Shown here piece by piece: positions 52,645 to 61,230 of a stretch of 64,000 bases of DNA. The position numbers and the translations under genes were made by a program. Below the pieces are notes generated by a model. That model did no database searches. It worked only from the letters and a program-made list of their open reading frames with translations, and was not told where the DNA came from. The stretch's first letter is position 1; each line of letters starts with the position of its first letter. Source of the stretch: an uncultured Pelagibacteraceae bacterium (GTDB lineage: Bacteria > Pseudomonadota > Alphaproteobacteria > Pelagibacterales > Pelagibacteraceae); NCBI GenBank assembly GCA_902583355.1, contig CACHVP010000002.1:24094-88093 (forward strand). Direction: 5' to 3'.

Positions 52645-52872
52645 CTAGTTTTTTGAATTCGAAATTAAAATTTCTTTAGCAATTTTTTGTTTTTTAAGAA
52701 CCTCAAGCTGCTCTTGTGAGAAATTTTCAGTTTCTTTAACAAAGTCTTTTTCAAGTTTTTTAAGAGTCTTCCTGGTTTTTAAAAAAACATAGAGACAAGC
52801 TAAAAAAGTTGTTAAAAAGGCTGACCAAACGTATATACCGTGACCATTCATAATAAATACATTTAAATTCAT
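52645..52872 (-). CDS. ccmD: heme exporter protein CcmD
   Basis: GHGIYVWSAFLTTFL single TM segment. Located between ccmC and ccmE. Confidence 0.75.
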   Translation of the reverse strand: MNLNVFIMNGHGIYVWSAFLTTFLACLYVFLKTRKTLKKLEKDFVKETENFSQEQLEVLKKQKIAKEILISNSKN

Positions 52873-53576
52873 AATTTTTTTAAACCCTTTTTTTTGACTC
52901 TAATTGTTTCTATTCTATATTTCATTAGAAAAATTAGCGCAGAATACAATAAAAAAGCTAATAACATGACCACAAGTGGGACTAACATTGAAAAATGAAC
53001 AGTAGTTTCCTCAAAAATTTTAATGCTTGATGGTTGATGAAGTGTAGACCACCAAACAACTGAGTACTTTATAACTATGACATTAACAATTCCTAATAGA
53101 GAGATGATAGTACATGTTTTGGAAGACTTATGAGGATCTTTGATAAACTTATAAGATAAAATGAAAATTATATAAAAAAATAACAATATAAGCATTGAGG
53201 TCAACCTAGCGTCCCATGCCCACCATGTACCCCAAGTTGGTTGTCCCCAAAGTGACCCTGTGATAATAGCTACAAAATTAAATGTTAGTCCAATTGGGGC
53301 TATACTTTTATATATCAAGCTTAAACTTTTAATTTTAAAGAGAAAGTTAATAACAGATAAAAAACATATTGCTCCAAAACAAAGTAAAGATATCCATGCA
53401 GATGGTACGTGAACATACATAATTCTTACAGAATTACCTTGGATATAATCTTGTGGTGAAACAAAAAGTGCAAACGTAACACCAATTAATGTAACTGGTA
53501 TAACAAAAGTTTTTATAAATTTTAGTATCTTCCCAGATAAGTGAAATAGATAGCTAGGATTTAAAAATTTTATCAT
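52869..53576 (-). CDS. ccmC: heme exporter protein CcmC
   Basis: WGQPTWGTWWAWDARLTS W-rich motif. Confidence 0.92.
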   Translation of the reverse strand: MIKFLNPSYLFHLSGKILKFIKTFVIPVTLIGVTFALFVSPQDYIQGNSVRIMYVHVPSAWISLLCFGAICFLSVINFLFKIKSLSLIYKSIAPIGLTFNFVAIITGSLWGQPTWGTWWAWDARLTSMLILLFFYIIFILSYKFIKDPHKSSKTCTIISLLGIVNVIVIKYSVVWWSTLHQPSSIKIFEETTVHFSMLVPLVVMLLAFLLYSALIFLMKYRIETIRVKKKGLKKL

Positions 53577-53608
53577 AACTTTCTTTAACTGATTTTAGAT
53601 GAATTTTG

Positions 53609-53628
53609 AATGGTATATTTTGTTAGCC
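53609..53628. repeat. direct repeat copy 1 (AATGGTATATTTTGTTAGCC)
   Basis: It shares AATGGTATATTT...TTAGCC with copy 2, 84 bp away. Both lie in the largest spacer of the window. Confidence 0.6.
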
Positions 53629-53682
53629 TAATTGAAAATTATGAGGGAGATAAGGAAGTATAAGTTAATTCCCAACTAGGCT
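53625..53682 (-). ncRNA. candidate structured RNA element (long imperfect hairpin, CU-rich apical loop)
   Basis: Minus-strand RNA: AGCCUAGUUG...CAAUUAGGCU (10 bp including one G-U), plus an inner GAAUUA/UAAUUU stem (one G-U), enclosing the loop ACUUAUACUUCCUUAUCUCCCUCA. On the plus strand the two G-U pairs become A/C mismatches. Confidence 0.25.
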
Positions 53683-53692
53683 CTAACATTCA

Positions 53693-53714
53693 AATGGTAT
53701 ATTTACTTTTAGCC
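53693..53714. repeat. direct repeat copy 2 (AATGGTATATTTACTTTTAGCC)
   Basis: See copy 1. Confidence 0.6.
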
Positions 53715-53754
53715 GGAGATTTGTATTAAATTTGTTAAATTTGTGGCAGAAACA

Positions 53755-54075
53755 CTAATTTGAAGGTTTATAATAACCTGATCCCCTTTTTTCAGAAAAT
53801 ACTTCATTTACTAAAGGATGTCTGATTGGGTCTCCCGAGCTATCTATAATTAAATTTTGTTCAGAAACATATGCTTCATATGTGATCTCGTTGTTTTCAG
53901 CAAGTAAATGATAAAATGGCTGGTCTTTTTTAGGACGAACATCCTTTGGGATTGATTCATACCATTCTTCTGAATTATTAAATTCAAAATCTACATCGTA
54001 TATAACGCCTCTGAAATTAAAGTGCTTATGTTTAACTATTTCACCTATTGAAAATTTTGCTTTTTTAGCATTCAT
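53755..54075 (-). CDS. hspQ: HspQ/YccV-like hemimethylated-DNA-binding heat-shock protein
   Basis: FSIGEIVKHKHFNFRGVIYDVD. 106 aa. Confidence 0.78.
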   Translation of the reverse strand: MNAKKAKFSIGEIVKHKHFNFRGVIYDVDFEFNNSEEWYESIPKDVRPKKDQPFYHLLAENNEITYEAYVSEQNLIIDSSGDPIRHPLVNEVFSEKRGSGYYKPSN

Positions 54076-54155
54076 ATTTTATTTAAGATAATAACATTTA
54101 TCGTAAAATCAATAAAAAAAATGTAAATAAAAAAAATTTATGGTAACTTTAATCT

Positions 54156-54707
54156 GTGAATAAATCTTTTATTAAAATCTTAACAGACTTTGGTCCTCTT
54201 TTGATTTTCCTAATAGTATATTACAAAAGCAATAAAAACTTAATTATAGCTATTCCGCCTCTAATCTTAACAACAATAGTAGCTGTCGCAATAGTGTATT
54301 TTGTAGAAAAAAAAATACCTTATATTCCTTTAATAGGAGCGTTCTTAGTATCTTTGTTCGGAGGATTAACTATTTTTTTTAAAAATCCAATATTTATTTA
54401 TTTAAAACCTACAATAATTAACATTGTCTTTGCAATCACATTATGGATTGGAAAGATTTGGTACAGAAAGAATTTTTTAAAATTTTTTTTTAAAAGTTCT
54501 ATCAAGTTAGAAGAATTTGGCTGGGACAAGCTTCTTTACAGGTGGATAGTTTTTTTTATTTTTTTAGCTATTATTAACGAAATTGTGTGGAGAACTCAAA
54601 GTGAGGAATTTTGGATTAATTTTAAAGTATGGGGAATATTACCTATAACACTGTTATTCACGGCATTTCAGATACCTTTAATACAAAAATATAAAAAAAA
54701 TGAATAA
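54156..54707 (+). CDS. yciB: intracellular septation protein A (YciB/IspZ)
   Basis: 183 aa, 5 TM segments, LTDFGPLLIFLIVYY N-terminus. GTG start. Confidence 0.8.
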   Translation: MNKSFIKILTDFGPLLIFLIVYYKSNKNLIIAIPPLILTTIVAVAIVYFVEKKIPYIPLIGAFLVSLFGGLTIFFKNPIFIYLKPTIINIVFAITLWIGKIWYRKNFLKFFFKSSIKLEEFGWDKLLYRWIVFFIFLAIINEIVWRTQSEEFWINFKVWGILPITLLFTAFQIPLIQKYKKNE

Positions 54708-55041
54708 ACTAAAACTAGTTGTTAATAATAGATTTTTTGATAAGGAAAACTTTTTTATTAAAAAAGAGTTAAAAACTATTCTTAACCTTTATGCAAAAAA
54801 AGTTTCATCGGGAGACTGGAAAGACTATGGACTTTCAATAAATAAAAAAGAAATTTCTTTTGACGTGTATCAGAGAGCGTCGGAGAAACCAATTTACAGG
54901 ATATCTAAGAACTTAAACCCAAAAAATAAAACAGAAAAATATTATATTTTGGATAGAAACGGAAGAATAATAAAAAAATCAGAAAATTTAGAAGTATTAA
55001 TTAAAAAAATTGAGTTAAAGGAATTAAAATTAGTAAAATAA
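54700..55041 (+). CDS. conserved hypothetical basic protein (possibly DUF2794-type)
   Basis: 113 aa. ...ILNLYAKKVSSGDWKDYGLSI...FDVYQRASEKPIYRISK. The domain name is from memory and unverified. Confidence 0.4.
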   Translation: MNKLKLVVNNRFFDKENFFIKKELKTILNLYAKKVSSGDWKDYGLSINKKEISFDVYQRASEKPIYRISKNLNPKNKTEKYYILDRNGRIIKKSENLEVLIKKIELKELKLVK

Positions 55042-55044
55042 GTA

Positions 55045-55809
55045 TTATCTTCTTTGCCCAAAAAGTCTCAAAAGCATTATAAATAAGTTAATGAAATCTA
55101 GATATAATGTTAAAGCGCCCATAACTGCTTTCTTACCAGATATTTCGCTATCATCAGACTCGAGATACATGTTTTTAATTTTTTGAGTATCATATGCTGT
55201 AAGACCAACAAAAATTAATACTCCTAGAATTGAAATTACAAAATACATCATAGTTGATTTCATAAATATATTAACTATTGATGCAATTATTATCCCAATT
55301 AAGCCCATCATTAAAAATGATCCAAACTTAGTTAAATCTCTTTTAGTAGTATAGCCATAAATGCTCATAGCTCCGAATGTGCCTGCTGTTATAAAAAATA
55401 CACGAGTAATACTTGCTCCAGTATAAACTAAAAATATTGAAGCAAGTGAAGCTCCCATTAAAGCAGCAAAAATCCAAAAAGTAGTTTGAGCTTTTGCAGC
55501 ACTCATTTTTCTAATACCGAAACTCATGTAAAGAACTATTCCCAGTGGTGCCAGCATAACTACCCACATTAAAGGAGAAGCAAATAATGCTTGTCCAATT
55601 CCAGTTAGTCCTGAGATGCCACTTGGAGTTATTTGAATATCGTAACCTCCGGATAATCTAAATAATATTAAAGAAACTATTCCAGTTAAAAAAACACCTG
55701 AGGCCATATAGTTATAAACCTTAAGCATATAGCTTCTTAAGCCCTGATCGATTATGTGTTCGTCAGCTATAGATGATTTAATTTTGGTATTTTGTCTATT
55801 AAACTCCAT
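55045..55809 (-). CDS. Bax inhibitor-1/YccA family membrane protein
   Basis: 7 TM segments, GLRSYMLKVYNYMASG, and a C-terminal LYLDFINLFIMLLRLFG. Confidence 0.87.
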   Translation of the reverse strand: MEFNRQNTKIKSSIADEHIIDQGLRSYMLKVYNYMASGVFLTGIVSLILFRLSGGYDIQITPSGISGLTGIGQALFASPLMWVVMLAPLGIVLYMSFGIRKMSAAKAQTTFWIFAALMGASLASIFLVYTGASITRVFFITAGTFGAMSIYGYTTKRDLTKFGSFLMMGLIGIIIASIVNIFMKSTMMYFVISILGVLIFVGLTAYDTQKIKNMYLESDDSEISGKKAVMGALTLYLDFINLFIMLLRLFGQRR

Positions 55810-55877
55810 ATTTAAAATATAATCATTTTTTTTTTGTTTTCAATCCCACATATATCACCTAAAAATATTACATTTTT

Positions 55878-56918
55878 ATGAAATATAGGAAATTAGGTAA
55901 CACGGAATTGAATGTAAGCCTTATTTGTCTAGGTACAATGACCTATGGAGAACAAAATACTCAAGAAGAGGGTTTTGAGCAAATGGACTATGCATTAGAA
56001 AATGGAATAAATTTTTTTGATACTGCTGAACTTTATGCAATACCACCAAAAGAAAAAACTTATGGAAAAACTGAAGAGATTATAGGTAATTGGTTTAAAA
56101 TAAAAAAAAATAGAAAAAAAATTATATTAGCTTCGAAAATAGCTGGACCAGGTTTAAAGTGGATTAGAGGAGGTGGTGAACAATATTCGGAGAGAAGTAT
56201 TGAGACAGCTTTGAATAATAGTCTAAAAAGATTGAATACCGATTATATTGATTTATATCAACTTCATTGGCCCGAAAGAAATACTAATTACTTTGGAGAT
56301 TTAGATTACAAGCATGATGAAAAAGAAAAAATTTGGAATAGTTTTGAGAGTATATTAAAAAGTTTAAGGAAATTCGTTGATCAAGGAAAAATAAGATATA
56401 TTGGTCTATCAAACGAAACTCCCTGGGGATTTTCTAAATTTTTAGAAATTGCAGACAAACAAAATCTACCAAAAGTGGTATCGGTACAAAATCCTTATAG
56501 TTTAATAAATAGAACCTATGAAATAGGAATGTCAGAAATTTCTATTAGGGAAAAAGCTGGATTGCTTGCCTATTCACCTCTTGGAATTGGCTATCTGACA
56601 GGAAAATATAGAAATAAAAAGGTACCAAAAAATTCTAGATTAGATTTATTTTATGAAAATTATCCAAGATATCATAATCAAAGAACTTATGATGCAGTTG
56701 ATAACTATTTTAAAATTGCTAAAAAATATAACATTTCCTTTACTAAATTATCTCTAGCATTTGTAAACTCCAGAAATTTTGTTACTAGTAACATTATTGG
56801 AGCAACTAAAATGGATCAGCTAAAAGAAAATATAGATAGTATAAATTTATCTCTGAATGAAAATATCATAAATGATATAAATACAGTACATGAAAACAAT
56901 CCTAATCCTGCACCTTAA
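55878..56918 (+). CDS. aldo/keto reductase (Tas-like)
   Basis: LGTMTYGEQ, FFDTAELY, DLYQLHWP, IGLSNETPWG. Confidence 0.9.
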   Translation: MKYRKLGNTELNVSLICLGTMTYGEQNTQEEGFEQMDYALENGINFFDTAELYAIPPKEKTYGKTEEIIGNWFKIKKNRKKIILASKIAGPGLKWIRGGGEQYSERSIETALNNSLKRLNTDYIDLYQLHWPERNTNYFGDLDYKHDEKEKIWNSFESILKSLRKFVDQGKIRYIGLSNETPWGFSKFLEIADKQNLPKVVSVQNPYSLINRTYEIGMSEISIREKAGLLAYSPLGIGYLTGKYRNKKVPKNSRLDLFYENYPRYHNQRTYDAVDNYFKIAKKYNISFTKLSLAFVNSRNFVTSNIIGATKMDQLKENIDSINLSLNENIINDINTVHENNPNPAP

Positions 56919-56975
56919 TAAACAGAACTGTTGAAAAGAGATAAATTTTGTATAAGTTATTAATATCTGCTTAAA

Positions 56976-57479
56976 ATGATTAAAAAAATTATTACAACAA
57001 TTTCTATTATTGCGTTCTTTGCTACAAATTCTGTATTAGCAGCCCAACCAAAGAGTATTGGGAAATTTAAAAATTGGGAAACTTTTACCTACAATGATGC
57101 AAGTGGTAAGATTTGTTTTGCACAGACTATTCCTTTAGAAAGAGCTCCAAAAAATTTGAAAAGAGATCCTTCTAGATTATTCGTAACTTTCAGAAAATCT
57201 GGAAAAATTAAAAATGAAATTAGTATAACAAGTGGCCATGAGTATAAGATTTCTAGTGTCGTAGCAAGAAGTGGTAAAAATGAATTTAATATGTTTTCCC
57301 AAGGTAAATTTGCATGGTTACTTGATGGTGAGGAAGAATTTAGTTTAATTAAAGTAATGAAAAAAGCCTCAAAACTTTCTGTTTCCGCAGCTAATAAAAA
57401 AGGAAATCAGACTAAAGATACTTATTCAATGATGGGCTTTACAAAATCATATAACGCTGCAAGAAAAAGTTGTGCCTAA
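56976..57479 (+). CDS. secreted IalB-like (invasion-associated locus B family) protein
   Basis: Signal peptide, W..F......C motif region, [17 protein letters not shown]-terminus. The family call is from memory. Confidence 0.5.
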   Translation: MIKKIITTISIIAFFATNSVLAAQPKSIGKFKNWETFTYNDASGKICFAQTIPLERAPKNLKRDPSRLFVTFRKSGKIKNEISITSGHEYKISSVVARSGKNEFNMFSQGKFAWLLDGEEEFSLIKVMKKASKLSVSAANKKGNQTKDTYSMMGFTKSYNAARKSCA

Positions 57480-58662
57480 AAATAAAAGTAAAATTGTCTT
57501 GGCTTATTCTGGGGGGCTAGACACCTCCATAATTCTTAAATGGCTTCAAGAGAATTACAATTCTGAAGTAATAGCCTATACCGCCGATATTGGGCAAGAA
57601 ATTGATAAAAAAAAAATAATTAAAAATGCAAAAAGATTAGGTGTTAAAAATATTATTATTGAAGATTTAAAAAATAATTTTGTAAAAGATTATGTTTTTC
57701 CAATGGTTAGAGGGCACGCTTTGTATGAAGGTACATATTTATTGGGTACCTCAATTGCAAGACCTTTAATTGCAAAAAGACAGATTGCCGTTGCAAAAAA
57801 ATTTAAAGCATTTGCTGTATCACATGGTGCTACTGGAAAAGGAAATGATCAAGTTAGATTTGAATTAGGATATTATTATTTTGGACCAAAAATAAAAGTC
57901 ATAGCCCCATGGAGAATTTGGAAATTAAAATCTAGAACAGATTTAATTAGATACGCAAAAAAACACAAAATCCCAATACCTAAAGATAAAAAAGGAGCAC
58001 CTCCTTTTTCAGTGGATGACAATCTTTATCACACTTCAACTGAAGGAAAGGTTTTGGAAGATCCAAAAAAACAAGCTCCTGAATATATTTTTCAAAGAAC
58101 TGTTTCTCCTGAAAAAGCACCCAAGAAACCCTCTTATGTAACCATAGGATTTAAAAAAGGTGATCCAGTATCAGTAAATAATAAAAAATTAGCACCTGCT
58201 AAACTTTTACAAAAATTAAATTTAGTCGCTGGTAAAAATGGAATTGGAAGAGTTGATCTAGTTGAAAATAGATTTATTGGAATTAAATCAAGAGGAGTAT
58301 ACGAAACACCAGGTGGCACTCTTTTGATGACAGCACATAGAGCAATGGAGTCTGTAAGTTTAGATAAAAAAACTATGCATCAAAAAGATGAGGTAATGCC
58401 AAAATATGCTGAGCTTATTTACAACGGTTTTTGGTTTTCAAAAGCTAGATATAAATTACAGAAAATCGTCGATCTTAAAAGAAATCATGTTAACGGATCA
58501 GTTAAACTTAAATTATACAAAGGAAATGTTACAATTCTTTCAAGACAAAGCAAAAGTAAAGCTTACTCAGTTAAAAAAGTATCCTTTGAAGAAAATAAAT
58601 CTTTTAAAAAGTCAAAAGTTGAGAGATTTATATCAGGTGCGGCAAGAAAGCTAAGAACTTAG
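57472..58662 (+). CDS. argG: argininosuccinate synthase
   Basis: [27 protein letters not shown] start. Confidence 0.95.
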   Translation: MPKNKSKIVLAYSGGLDTSIILKWLQENYNSEVIAYTADIGQEIDKKKIIKNAKRLGVKNIIIEDLKNNFVKDYVFPMVRGHALYEGTYLLGTSIARPLIAKRQIAVAKKFKAFAVSHGATGKGNDQVRFELGYYYFGPKIKVIAPWRIWKLKSRTDLIRYAKKHKIPIPKDKKGAPPFSVDDNLYHTSTEGKVLEDPKKQAPEYIFQRTVSPEKAPKKPSYVTIGFKKGDPVSVNNKKLAPAKLLQKLNLVAGKNGIGRVDLVENRFIGIKSRGVYETPGGTLLMTAHRAMESVSLDKKTMHQKDEVMPKYAELIYNGFWFSKARYKLQKIVDLKRNHVNGSVKLKLYKGNVTILSRQSKSKAYSVKKVSFEENKSFKKSKVERFISGAARKLRT

Positions 58663-58687
58663 CTAAAATTAGTATATATAAAACTTT

Positions 58688-59083
58688 ATGACTATGAATT
58701 CAGTTATAAGAAATATTCAGTTAGTAGCTGTAATATTTATTTTAGTGGGTACTGTTCTAGCTTTTGGTTTCGAAGTTAATGAAATGTATAAAGTGGGAAG
58801 AGTTACACTTGCTGATCTACTTTTAATGTTCATTTATATTGAGGTCATAGGAATGATCGGAGTTTTTTGGGCCAGCAAGACAATCAGAATTACTTATCCT
58901 GTGTTAATTGCTATCACTGCATTGGCTAGATTAATTATTTTACAAGATAAAGACAGTGCTTCGATAAATCTGATTTATCAAGGTGGCGCAATACTCTTAT
59001 TGGCTTTATCAGTATTTTTCTTAACATTAAGATACAGCAAAAAATTAGGCATGGATAAACAAAACCCAGGTGAAGAAGCTTAG
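58688..59083 (+). CDS. PsiE-like 4-TM membrane protein
   Basis: 131 aa. FIYIEVIGMI...AITALARLIIL resembles the PsiE family. Unverified. Confidence 0.4.
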   Translation: MTMNSVIRNIQLVAVIFILVGTVLAFGFEVNEMYKVGRVTLADLLLMFIYIEVIGMIGVFWASKTIRITYPVLIAITALARLIILQDKDSASINLIYQGGAILLLALSVFFLTLRYSKKLGMDKQNPGEEA

Positions 59084-59085
59084 AG

Positions 59086-59505
59086 ATGAAACAGCTAGTT
59101 GCAATAGTAGCTTATTATATGTTTGGTTACTTAATTTTCTGGACACTGCTCCATGAAACAAGTGTATTTCCAAAAATATGGGTTGAAGAAAATTTTAGCA
59201 TTGCAATATACGTTTGGATTTTCTTTTTTATAATTCCTTTGATGCTTATTGCTTTAGGAAATGATTATATAAAAAATCGTATTGCAGATTTTAAATCCTT
59301 GAAAGCAAGTACAAGATGGCCTCTTTACCTATTGCTATTTGGAGTTTGGGATTTAATGATTGGATTTGCCTATTTGCTATTCTCTTATTTCGAAATTAGC
59401 CAGGTCACAATGATAATTGCCAATGCCTTATTTATTACAGGAACATACTTAACCTTTTTGAGCTTCTCTGTTGCAAAAAAATTACAAATATCAAAAGGTA
59501 CTTAA
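59086..59505 (+). CDS. hypothetical 4-TM membrane protein
   Basis: 139-aa ORF coupled to the preceding gene by a 2-nt gap. I recognise no motif. Confidence 0.5.
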   Translation: MKQLVAIVAYYMFGYLIFWTLLHETSVFPKIWVEENFSIAIYVWIFFFIIPLMLIALGNDYIKNRIADFKSLKASTRWPLYLLLFGVWDLMIGFAYLLFSYFEISQVTMIIANALFITGTYLTFLSFSVAKKLQISKGT

Positions 59506-59509
59506 ATTT

Positions 59510-60226
59510 ATGGCAGGTAAAATTTTAATATTTGGTGCAACAGGAGCAGTTGGAAGTTCATTAGCTAAATTATTAAGTGATAGCTCTAAAGAAATACATT
59601 TGATTGGGAAAAATGAAGGAGAAGTATCTAAACTCTCGGAGCAAACAGGTGGATCGTTTAGTGTAGTTGATGTAACCGATCCAGATTTCATTGAAAAGAT
59701 TGAGACAGACATACAAAATACAGATATTTCAGGAATAGCATATTGTGTTGGTTCCATTGACCTTAAACCGATAAACCTTGTCTCAAAAAAGGATTACTTA
59801 AAAAGTCTTGATTTAAATTTATTTCCTATTGTAGAAATTATAAAAAAATATAAAGACAATTTAAAAAAAAATAAATCATCTGTTGTTGTTTTTTCAACTA
59901 TAGCTGTTAAGCAAGGATTTCCGAATCATAGTATCATTTCTCCAGTTAAAGCATCTTTGGAAGGATTGACTGTTTCACTAGCTGCTGAACTTGCCCCAAG
60001 TGTGAGAATTAATTGTATAGCTCCAAGCCTAAGTAATTCTAAAATGGCTGGACGAATTCTTGGTAACCCGAAGATTGCAGAGGGTATCGCAAAACAACAT
60101 CCACTTAAAAGAGTGGGAGAAGGTCAGGATAGCGCTGCTTTGGCTAAATTCTTACTCTCTGAAGAAAGTTCTTGGATTACAGGCCAGATTATTGGTGTAG
60201 ATGGTGGCAGATCAAACGTTGGCTGA
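59510..60226 (+). CDS. atypical short-chain dehydrogenase/reductase family protein
   Basis: FGATGAVGSS Rossmann motif, VVVFST, RINCIAPS. I moved the start to ATG 59510 (MAGKILIFG). At the YxxxK position the sequence reads ISPVK, so the catalytic Tyr is absent. Confidence 0.8.
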   Translation: MAGKILIFGATGAVGSSLAKLLSDSSKEIHLIGKNEGEVSKLSEQTGGSFSVVDVTDPDFIEKIETDIQNTDISGIAYCVGSIDLKPINLVSKKDYLKSLDLNLFPIVEIIKKYKDNLKKNKSSVVVFSTIAVKQGFPNHSIISPVKASLEGLTVSLAAELAPSVRINCIAPSLSNSKMAGRILGNPKIAEGIAKQHPLKRVGEGQDSAALAKFLLSEESSWITGQIIGVDGGRSNVG

Positions 60227-60232
60227 AAGTTT

Positions 60233-60559
60233 TTAATGTTCGTGTTTTTCAATTCCATGCTTCTCTAATAAGTCATGCATTCTTTCATGTTCTTTATAGG
60301 TTAAACTGTAAAAAATTATTATAGTCACAATAGATCCTACAACAACACCTTGCACAAATCTAAAAATTGTACGTCTATTTCTATACTTTGTTTCTTCAGT
60401 CATTTTTTTTCCTCTTTTTTTTGCCTCATAAAATTTATAAACGGCGTAAATAATTAATAATCCACTCAGAGCCCAAGATATTGGATGATTAACCACTGCT
60501 AAAAGTGATCCACCAAAAATAGCTGCTATAAAGCCTGATATCCAACAAATTGGGCACAT
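60233..60559 (-). CDS. hypothetical 3-TM protein with N-terminal CPIC and His-rich tail
   Basis: MCPICWISG...YKEHERMHDLLEKHGIEKHEH. It is the last gene of the photolyase-related operon. Confidence 0.5.
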   Translation of the reverse strand: MCPICWISGFIAAIFGGSLLAVVNHPISWALSGLLIIYAVYKFYEAKKRGKKMTEETKYRNRRTIFRFVQGVVVGSIVTIIIFYSLTYKEHERMHDLLEKHGIEKHEH

Positions 60560-60562
60560 AAT

Positions 60563-61117
60563 TTATAATAACATAGTTCCAATTAAATTTAAATTTTTAT
60601 CCAAGATAACGATTTCACCAGATGAAACAGGTTGATTAGTAATATCTAGGATGACTACATAGTGAGTAACTAAAACTAAATTTTTTTTATTATCCCATTT
60701 TTTTAAAAAATTTGATAAATCTAACATCTGACCTGCTCTGTTCTTTTGAAATCTTTGTGAAAAAAAAGAGTTTAAAGCATTGAATGTATTATATTTTTCA
60801 AAAGCATATTTTGCAGTATCTTTACATCTGCACCATTCGCTAGATAATACTTGATCAATTGGAATATTATTTTTAGTAAAAAAACTTCCAATTTTTTTAG
60901 ATTGTTCTATACCTTTCATATTCAGGTTCCTTTGAGTGCTGCAATCATTTAAATTAAAGTTTACAGGATCTCCACTTCCGGGGGCCAAAGCATGTCTAAT
61001 AAGAACAATTTTTTCGCCCTCTTTTAATTCTTGTATTAATTTTTCATTAGAATAGGAATTTGAAAAATATGAGGTAATATAAAGAAAAAAAATAATTATT
61101 TTTACAATCTTGAACAT
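60563..61117 (-). CDS. secreted histidine phosphatase superfamily protein
   Basis: Signal peptide and LIRHALAPGSGDP (RHG-type motif with Ala), followed by THYVV. Confidence 0.72.
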   Translation of the reverse strand: MFKIVKIIIFFLYITSYFSNSYSNEKLIQELKEGEKIVLIRHALAPGSGDPVNFNLNDCSTQRNLNMKGIEQSKKIGSFFTKNNIPIDQVLSSEWCRCKDTAKYAFEKYNTFNALNSFFSQRFQKNRAGQMLDLSNFLKKWDNKKNLVLVTHYVVILDITNQPVSSGEIVILDKNLNLIGTMLL

Positions 61118-61230
61118 TTTTTAGAACAGTATTTTACCCTTTCCCAGTTAAGCTTCCATTTTTTTCTCCATACAAAAGGCCTTTTACAGACTATGCAGAT
61201 CTTTGAAGGTAGATTTTGTTTTTTCACCAC
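61102..61230 (-). CDS. DUF2256-type zinc-ribbon mini-protein (42 aa)
   Basis: GTG 61230 to TAA 61102: VVKKQNLPSKICIVCKRPFVWRKKWKLNWERVKYCSKKCSRL. It has the CxxC...CxxxC and PF.WRKKW..W..VKYCS signature. It is not in the ORF track (under 60 aa). Confidence 0.7.
   Translation of the reverse strand: MVKKQNLPSKICIVCKRPFVWRKKWKLNWERVKYCSKKCSRL

Noticed and set aside
53594-53610. Second ICE-like site TTTAGAT-GAA-TTTTGAA, 18 nt upstream of ccmC
   Set aside because: It matches the ICE consensus at only 11/14 positions in pure A/T-rich sequence, which is compatible with chance. I mention it only as something to score if an ICE matrix scan is run.
53641-53660. GA-rich GAGGGAGATAAGGAAG read on the plus strand as CsrB/RsmZ-like GGA motifs
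   Set aside because: There are only two GGA motifs. The enclosing hairpin pairs better on the minus strand, where two G-U pairs form that become A/C mismatches on the plus strand. No plus-strand promoter or gene context supports it.
53609-53714. Direct repeats flanking an inverted repeat interpreted as a MITE with target-site duplication
   Set aside because: The inverted repeats are not at the ends of the segment delimited by the direct repeats. The repeat unit extends into the hairpin arm. No other copy occurs in the 64-kb window and no transposase is present. This cannot be fully excluded without the whole genome.
53577-53754. Possible tRNA or other known RNA gene in the largest spacer
   Set aside because: No cloverleaf is apparent and there is no GTTCRANNC T-loop or acceptor-stem pairing. 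No other spacer is long enough for a tRNA.
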